Source: Chrysomallon squamiferum (Eukaryota > Animalia > Mollusca). Taken from it: 64,000 nucleotides of DNA. Each line of letters opens with the position of its first letter. Within the stretch, counting starts at the first letter, position 1. The translations under genes and the position numbers were made by a program. The notes under the pieces were generated by a model. It had not been told where the DNA came from and made no database searches. It worked only from the letters and a program-made list of their open reading frames with translations. Positions 55,849 to 64,000 of the stretch are shown in pieces. The stretch lies in contig CM022678.1 in NCBI GenBank assembly GCA_012295275.1, forward strand, positions 1,984,001-2,048,000. Direction: 5' to 3'.

Positions 55849-57513
55849 AAGATTATTCAGCGGATAATTTGGTTGATAATTTGCTGAAATGTTTTGACAT
55901 TTTTTTTTTATTCGAATAATACCTGTGTATTTCTGTTTACTATTAAAATGCATGGAGTAAATGATGCTTTATTTTTTGGCAATCTTAACAGCAAATTATA
56001 ACAAAACAACAAATGATGTGGATGTCATGATACAGTCACATACAAGATGAGTCTGTTTGCTCTAAACTTTCCCCTAGCATCAGAAAAATACAATTAATTT
56101 GTCATTACACCATTTGTACAGGGTAAAGTGTTAAAATGACAACATTCAAATAACCAGCAGCTTTAGTTTTTATTAGGTTGATAGCTTACCCATGACCAGT
56201 ACAAGTATACTTTCATTGTTTAATTTTAGTTAAAAGAAAATAATTAAATATAGAGAATTTGATCAGAGGACTTACTCATAACAAAACTTGTATATTTTAA
56301 TTTTTAATTTCTTTAAACATAACTTAAATTAACAGTTTACATTTGATTTTATTTATGAAATCAATCATTTTAACAACATATGAGCTGTTTGTTTTGCTGT
56401 GAATGAATAAACTTACAGAAAATGATTATATACATTTCTCATTTCCCTCCTGATTCAATCAAGGAACAAGTTTTTAATGAAACGCTGAACATTTTTTGAA
56501 ATGGTGATTCAAACCAAACACTACTGTGTTACATACATTTTAGAATTGTCATTGATATTAAACAGTCAGATTTGTTTTAAGTCAGAATTTAAACAATTGT
56601 CATAATTTCCACAGTTTTTATTTGTAAATATATGTCAGTAACCACATTTACAATAATAAATTAATTAAATAATAATAACAAAACCTGCACCAACAATAAC
56701 AATAAGAAGAAAAGCAGAATAAAATAAATAAATTTTAGCTCTAGTATTTTTTATATCTCAAGGCTATTTAAGTTGTTTCTGGCTAGTGTGAAATAAAAAC
56801 TTGCAGAATACAAGCAATGAAAGCATGAAAGACATACATACATGTTATCAGAAAGTTAAAAAGTCATTTAATTATTTCAATAGGTATTTAGGAAAATTTA
56901 TTATTATCAAGAACATTTTACCCATTCTCTGTTAAAAATATAGATAAACGTACTTTCAGAATTAATCTTATAACTAGTACATATAATTTTTATTTTTAAA
57001 TTTAAATTTATATCATTTTGTCTTTTAACAGATGGCTATTCAAAAGTCTAGACAGATAAATGTAATTTTATAAATGCATCAGACATTTGTTACTTAGAAA
57101 TGTATATACTGCATGGCTCTTTTCTGACCAAACTTTGTGCATGAACATTTTCTTTTTATTATTATAATAAGAATTCAGAAACTTAATTAAAGTAAAAGGG
57201 TAATATTAGATGTAGAGATGTTTGTTTATGTGCGTAGACATATATATATACATAACACATGCATGCACTATTCTTAGATAACACATTTTATTTATAATTT
57301 ACTTTGTTTGTCTACTGAATTACGTAGGTATATTTATTAAATATCTGGGGGAAAGAAAAAAAATAGCTGCAGTCATAGTTTTCAATCATGATGTTACATT
57401 ATCACATTACAAATTAAAATGTCAGGTATATTTTTATTTATTTATCATTACTTTTATCTTCCTGGTTTATTTTACATAACAATCTTTATTTTAATTCAAG
57501 TAGCTTATATTCC

Positions 57514-57564
<51 letters not shown>

Positions 57565-59258
57565 TTATTCATTTTATCCATGCCTGCAGAAAATACTCCT
57601 CAATTATTTTCTCTCAGTATGACTCTAACAAAATAATTTGTAAACTCTTTTTTTTTTTTCATTAATATATTATTTAAATGCATGGTTTTGGCTGATGTTG
57701 GGGAAGATTGATTTTGTCATAAAATATTTATTGTTGAGAGAATACGTTTGTGCTTCCCTTTTACAGGTCATAGTTATTTTGTGTTGTTGCTGGTTACTGT
57801 TTTATTGCTTAACAGAAACTTTCAAAGCAGGAGTTTTATTTAAACTGTATTACATAACTGTTTATACTGGTCTCTTCCATTAAATCCTAAAGGTTTTGTT
57901 TTAATTATTTTATTTTTGTGATATTTTCAGCAACACATTAATATATATTGTTATTGTTGTTATTGTTATTATTATTATTACCATTACTATTATTATCATC
58001 ACTGTCACTAATTAGATTTTGATTAATATTTAGAAATGGCACAAATTTTCCACACTTTATTTTTTTTAAATGGCTTTCATGTATCAGTGATTTCTGTTAT
58101 TTCCATGACGTTTGTGATATTTAAAGCAGTTAACAGATTGCTTAAATTAACACTGTTCAGAATTATTGTTATTTTGTTGTTGATGATGATGTTATCATTA
58201 TTGTTGTCAACGTTTGTAGAAAATAACATTTCTTTTTCTATATATTTTGTGGGTGTTGGTATATATTAAATTACAATTTAGCCTTCACATCTGGCAGTTG
58301 GTTCCTCAAAGCTGTTGTCACATTGTTGTTTTATGTTAAGCAAATGTTCTTGCCCAAAAGGCCATTAAAAAAGAAAATCAATTACTGACTTCTCGCAGGT
58401 AAAAAAAAAAAAAGAAAAAAAAATAATTTTAAAAAAGGAGCAAGTAAGAAATGAACCAAAGAAAAACAGAAAAATAAGAATACAGGTTCAGCCTTTTTAA
58501 AAATTAAACTGCTAGTAGTATTCCGAAAGTTGAATTATTAACAAAATATTTTTAAAAAACACTAAACTTTTAAATCTATGTATATGGGTTAGGTGATAAT
58601 GTGCTTGCATTCAGTACCAAATTATTAACTTTTCAGTCAAAATTCAAGATCGGTTTCTTTTTTTTATTAAAAGTTTAATTACAAACAGACATTCATTTAG
58701 TGACAAGATGTCAGAATGTTTGTAAGTAAAATCCAGAAATAGGTTTATATAAATTGAGTTATGTCTGGTATGTGTAAAATAATTTCTTTAAAATGGTTTC
58801 AGTATTAAATAAACGTAATAAGTACATATTACTACTGCCACTACTACTAACAATAACAACAATAAAATTGAAATAGTATCAAGCCATGAAATATTTTTTG
58901 TTTGTTCTAAAAACAATATATCTCTCTGAAGTCTGTAATTCAAACTTTTTATCTATCAATTATGAAGTGGGAAACATTGATTAAAATTACAACATTGCTT
59001 TCAAGCTCACTAGATGTGACTTCAAGTAAACATCATCTAGAAATATCGAAATTTGCTTCTATAGAAGTGTCACTTTTATTAACAAAATATTTTTTTAAAA
59101 ATAAACATTTAAATCCTATGTATGTGGGTCAGGTGATATTGTTTTTTTTTTTTTTTTTTTTTTTTACCTGCACATAAGATTCAGATTATATTTTATTGAT
59201 ACAGGTGACAGCATATGAATACCTGTAGCATTTTAAATTTACTTCTGTGTTTAACTTT

Positions 59259-59291
<33 letters not shown>

Positions 59292-59518
59292 GTGAACAGA
59301 GATGAGAATAAATATTTCCTTGAGCTGGGCATACTGTTAAATTAAATAATTATCTAAATTTTCTCTAAGATCAGTTTTTGTTGGCTGGTTTGAGAAAAGT
59401 TGTTTACAGAAATGCTGGTTGAAATGTCTTCTGGTAAATTTAGTTCCAGATGATATCTTCATTGCAGTGTAGATCTAAAATAACTCACATCTGCAGAAAC
59501 AAATTAGACTGTTTGATT

Positions 59519-59558
<40 letters not shown>

Positions 59559-59979
59559 ACTTTTTTCAACTGCATTATTGGCATAAATATTTTCTATTCA
59601 TTCATGATTTTTTATTATTATTATTATTATTATTTTTTTTTTTTCAATTTTGGATTTTGACAGACACATCCAGTTCTGCTGTGTTTTTATCCAGATGGCT
59701 GTCTGATTGACATGTATGATTATTTTGTCTTTCTCTCTTTTCAGTAATTCTGATGTATGCAGTGTTCTTGGCTTTTAAAGGTAATTACTCTTTCAAATGA
59801 AAATTTGTTTTACTACTCAGGTATTTTTCTATAAAGAATTTCTGAAAAGAGAAATCTCCCACAAATTTAAAGACAGTCATTAGATGTTTCAGCAAGAACT
59901 AAATTCAGACTTGGTAAAAATTCAAGTCCTGAATTTAAGCTCTTTTCTTTTGTTTTTATCATCAGCATTATTATTATTA

Positions 59980-60020
<41 letters not shown>

Positions 60021-61539
60021 ACCACTATGCAGACTAGATGTATCTTTATTAATTAAGATAATTTTGAAAATCACAAGTCAGGTTTGAGTTTCTCAGACAG
60101 GTGTGCATGCATTGTTAACATAGTTGTCAGGTGTTTTTATTTCTAAACTTAATTTTATACTTCTTTTAGTTGCATCTGCTTCAGGGAGATATGGTAAACT
60201 TTAAAACAGCTTTTAAAAATCTGCTTGTGGTCATATTACATAGGCTAAATGATTTTAAGAATGGTCTTGTTACATCTGAAATGAATTTCTTTATAGTTAA
60301 AAAGACTATTGAGAATTCATTGCACATTTCATTAGTTACCTTGTCAGTGTTAGAAGAAGTAAACATGTGAGAACATCAAGAGTTACAGATGGGTGGAGTG
60401 AGGTGTTTTGAATTTATTTTTTAATTCTCCATAGATCCTTTTTAATTAAATGTCTCAAGAGTGGATTTGATAAACCAGTCCTGGGTGCATTTTTGAATTA
60501 GTAGATGAAATGTTGGTACAGAACAACAGTTCGAAACATGGCCAGGGGCATTTCCAAGGTGATAAAGATGTTCAGTTAGTTTTTCCTGTCTCATTTTCTG
60601 TGCAGTGTAGATAAACATTACTTTAGTCTTGTGGAATGGAGGTATTGGAGATAAAGGTAGAGAAAGTAAAAGGGTTGGTGACTCACAAAAAATGTTTGTA
60701 CCATTCGTGTACAATATTGTACATTCTCTGGAAAATGCATCGCAAAGTAAGGATAAATAACAATAATAGATAATAATGGATTCATATACATGTATCTGTG
60801 TGTGTGTTTTTGAGAGAGAGAGTGCATGAGTAAGAGGGAGTAAGTGTGTTCGTAGATAACTGATCTGCTGTAATTGCATTGTAAACAAGCTGAGTTAAAC
60901 AACTGTTTTTCAAAACACAGGATTGCTGTGTTAGTGGAAGGGCTACAGAAATTGATGGGTGGATAAATGACTTGTGTATCGATTTCTCATCTCTTCTAAC
61001 TTATCTTACAATGTTGCTCAGGTTGGAAAAACGTATCTGTTTCTGTTGCATTTTATTCAAACCCACATTTCTACTGAAATTTAATATATACTTGAAATGT
61101 TGATATTATAAAAATTAGATATACAAGTTGATAAAAACTGTTTCAGTTGTACCATGCAGTCCATATTTAGCACATTTTAAAATCACAGAATGCTCTTCTT
61201 TGTTTTTTATTTTATTTTTTATTTTTTTGGCTGTCACTTTTTTAAATGTATAAATGTTGGAAATGGGAGGGTAGAAATTGTTAACTGAAGTGATTCACAT
61301 TGTTCAATGTCAGGGGAGATCATAACCTCTGTTGGTAAGTATTAGGGGTAATTCAATATCTTTCTGTTTATACTGCTAAGGACAACAAACCAGATTTATT
61401 TGGCACATCCATTAATATGAATATTTATTGAGAATGTTTTTTTACTTAATATGAAATGTAATCATTAGAAGAAAAAAATATGTAAATGTATTTTTATTTA
61501 TATTTGTATTTTTATTTTTTTCAGAGTGGAAAAATGTAA
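50326..61539 (+). CDS. YTHDF: YTH domain family m6A reader (YTHDF1/2/3 co-orthologue), ~518 aa
   Basis: Exons: 50326-50346 (MSASVDQ), 50511-50535 (RAKGQQNQ), 52162-52247, 52872-54281 and a tentative last exon 61525-61539 (SGKM*). N-terminus resembles vertebrate MSATSVDQRPKGQ. The YTH domain ([33 protein letters not shown]...[10 protein letters not shown]...[12 protein letters not shown]...SIFDDF) retains the three aromatic-cage Trp residues. Confidence 0.95.
50511..50535 (+). CDS. YTHDF: YTHDF exon 2 (RAKGQQNQ)
   Basis: aagcag acceptor, G|gtgagt donor. Confidence 0.88.
52162..52247 (+). CDS. YTHDF: YTHDF exon 3 ([29 protein letters not shown])
   Basis: ctctgcag acceptor, CAG|gtacaa donor. 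Confidence 0.88.
52872..54281 (+). CDS. YTHDF: YTHDF exon 4, low-complexity P/Q/G/N region plus YTH domain
   Basis: cttctcag acceptor, AAG|gtaatg donor, 470 codons. Confidence 0.97.
61525..61539 (+). CDS. YTHDF: Candidate YTHDF terminal coding exon (SGKM*), with a 3' UTR possibly ending at AATAAA 62818-62823
   Basis: Strong ttttttcag acceptor in phase 0 and a short tail as in vertebrate YTHDF genes. Too short to confirm by homology. Confidence 0.45.
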   Translation, partial: SGKM

Positions 61540-62171
61540 ACCATCAGAACTTGCTCGCCAAGATTAGAACTTTAATTAATGGATTACTTCTTTTTGTGAA
61601 TTATCTTATGGTTATGGAAAGGATTTCACATTTTTTTTTTTTTTTTTTTTTTTTCAAAACATTTTTTTATTTTTTTTTAATTTTTTTTTTTTAAAGGAAT
61701 TAGACCTTAGTGAATTGTTTTTAGGAAGCAAATTGCCCAAAATTATACACCAATCAGTTGTAATGGAGGATCGACCCCTTCGATTTCTTTGGAATTGTAT
61801 GATTATAAACTTTAACATAAACAAACAAACAAACAAAAAAACTACAAAAAAAAAAAAACTTATATTCTTGACTTGTTATCATGCTCAGCGACTGACTTAG
61901 CCCTCCACTTGATTCTAGGATGTTGAAAATGGAAACTGATTTTAACCAGGTTAACTGCAAAAAACAGCAGGAGACAAAACAAACAAAAAAAAAAAAGGAA
62001 AGAAATTTTGATCGTTTTCTCGCGAAAGCATCAGGTGTTTTTAAAAAATGTGAAATTAAAACAGGATTATCAAGACCGTATTTTTTTCAGTGAAAATTGT
62101 TAAATGTGATACAAACAGATACTATAAAAAAAAAAAAAAAAGACCGTGTTGGTGGGTTTTCTTTTGTTCTT

Positions 62172-62212
<41 letters not shown>

Positions 62213-63149
62213 ATGAAATATTTTCAAAAATTGGCTGTGCGGCTGTTCTTTGTTTCCCACATTTTTTAAAATTCCCTAAAAAGACCTTGCCTCTCATTCT
62301 TCCCTGTGTTATAGTTTTGAGGCCCATGGAAGCAGGTGGTTATATGACTTGTGAAAATTTTTCATTGAAAATAAAAAATAAATTGTAAAAAAAAAAAGAA
62401 GAAGAAGAATAAAAGAATGGACAACTTTGCAGCAGATTTCCATCAGTGTTGAAACAAGCATTATTATTATTTTTTTCAAGCGTGTACGTTTGTGTGGTAT
62501 TTTCATAAATACTTATGACAGCTAAGCAAAAAAAAAAAAAAAAAACTCAAGACAAACACAAAAAAAAAAAAAACTTCATTTGAAGATTGTTATTGTTTTC
62601 AATTGACCTGAAGAAAGAAAGAAATACAAAAACGAAAAATAAAACTTCACAATTTTCAGTGAAAAGAAGTCGGAATGGAGTTACCTGCAGCAGATGATTC
62701 TTCTAAAAATAGCCTTTTGTGTGAAGTTGGAGGTTACTCACTCTCTACCTTCTCGTCGTCATGTCCGTAATGTGCCAGTGGCACTGAAATATCAAGTTTT
62801 TCTTTTTCTGTTAATGAAATAAAGTCTATAATATGGCATGCATAACAAATACAGTGTTGTTTCATTTTGATTTTACATTTCTCAGAATTTTTTTACACGT
62901 TTTACAAACCACAGTTTTAAAAATTTGAATTGCCAAACATTTTAGTTTTGTAATTGGATTAAGGATAAATAAATAAGTTATAATATTATTCCATGCATCT
63001 GAAAGTAGACATGAAAGATTTTATTTCATTTTGTGTGATGATAGAGATTTTCTTTTAAAAATGTGTGTCTATTATATATTTATAATTTCAAAGAACTTTA
63101 TTTAAATTAAAAGCAACAAAATTGTTAACATTATTTTGCCACTTAATGT

Positions 63150-63390
63150 TTCAGGATTAAACTTGAAAATGAAAGTTAAAATTTTCCGTGAAAAACACTT
63201 AGTGTTGGTCAACTTTCACTTTTTATTTAACTGAACAAACGAGATGAAGCAACTTTAAGACTAAAATGCAAATGGAAAGTAAAAATACTTCAGGATTAGA
63301 TTTTGAAAATGAAAGTAAAATTTTCTGTGAAAACACTTAATGTTGGTCAACTTTAAGACTAAAACGCAAATGGAAAGTAAAAATACTTAG
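63150..63390. repeat. Imperfect tandem duplication of ~65-bp and ~40-bp blocks
   Basis: ttcaggatta.a.ttgaaaatgaaagt...cactta.tgttggtcaacttt x2 and caactttaagactaaaa.gcaaatggaaagtaaaaatactt x2. Confidence 0.85.
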
Positions 63391-64000
63391 AATGACTTTA
63401 ATTTTATGTCACACTCATCTAACAGAGGTTGCCAGAGAAAATATTTACTAATTACAGGTCTTTTTTCTATTATTGTTGTTATTAATAGTAAAAATACATC
63501 AGTATACAATATGTATGGATTTGATTTGAAACAATAAAAATTAACATGAAAACATTAACTGTTAACATTAATTGAATTCCAGTTTGATATTTCAGAGTTG
63601 GTAGGTGAAAATGGTTACTGATAAAAAAGCTGTGTTATTTTCTTTCTATTTATTATTATTATGTTTATATATATAAATATTCATTGTAACATGCATTAGA
63701 ATGTACTACCGCTGAAAGTAATGACTGCTACATCATCACCACATTTAATAAATTAGACTTAATAACAAATATATCATAAAATATCCTTAAAATACTAAAT
63801 GAATAAATTTAGTGTGTATTTATAATTCAGTAATGAATTCTGTTGTGAGCTAGATTTCTCAATGGATTATGATAAAATGCCAAAAAGGTTAAGTTGTTGC
63901 ACTGAGTGGTGTGATTGAAACAGGAATTTTGTTCCTGTTATTACTAATACTCTTATTAAAGCACACAGTAATTTTCTCTTTTTCAAATTGAAGTCCGTAA

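Noticed and set aside
57030-60370. Alternative YTHDF last-exon candidates (acceptors near 57031, 59299 and 60170-60185)
   Set aside because: Weaker acceptor context or implausible peptides. They cannot be excluded without transcripts.

Overview
This is eukaryotic (animal) genomic DNA: AT-rich and very rich in microsatellites. It is probably a lophotrochozoan such as a gastropod mollusc, which is an inference from repeat style and protein divergence. I reconstructed four protein-coding genes and one tRNA by hand: (1) an uncharacterised single-coding-exon ORF of about 369 aa on the minus strand (7997-9106); (2) a 13-exon TTC39C orthologue on the minus strand (28955-38492); (3) tRNA-Trp(CCA) on the minus strand (39709-39780); (4) an 8-exon NUP42/NUPL2 on the plus strand (42505-46872); (5) a YTHDF-family m6A reader on the plus strand (from 50326; last exon tentative). 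The most unusual signals are inside TTC39C. Exon 4 carries three single-base indels, all at codon third positions. Two intronic minisatellites have copied the gene's own splice sites: four 36-nt, phase-0, AG..GT-flanked copies of the exon-4 start, and five copies of the exon-7 donor. Other observations include RFX X-box-like motifs around the orphan ORF, a foldback element, SINE-like relics and a mosaic CpG landscape. Most entries in the supplied ORF track are microsatellite translations. I found no prokaryote-type system such as CRISPR. All homology calls come from recalled sequences; no database search was run.
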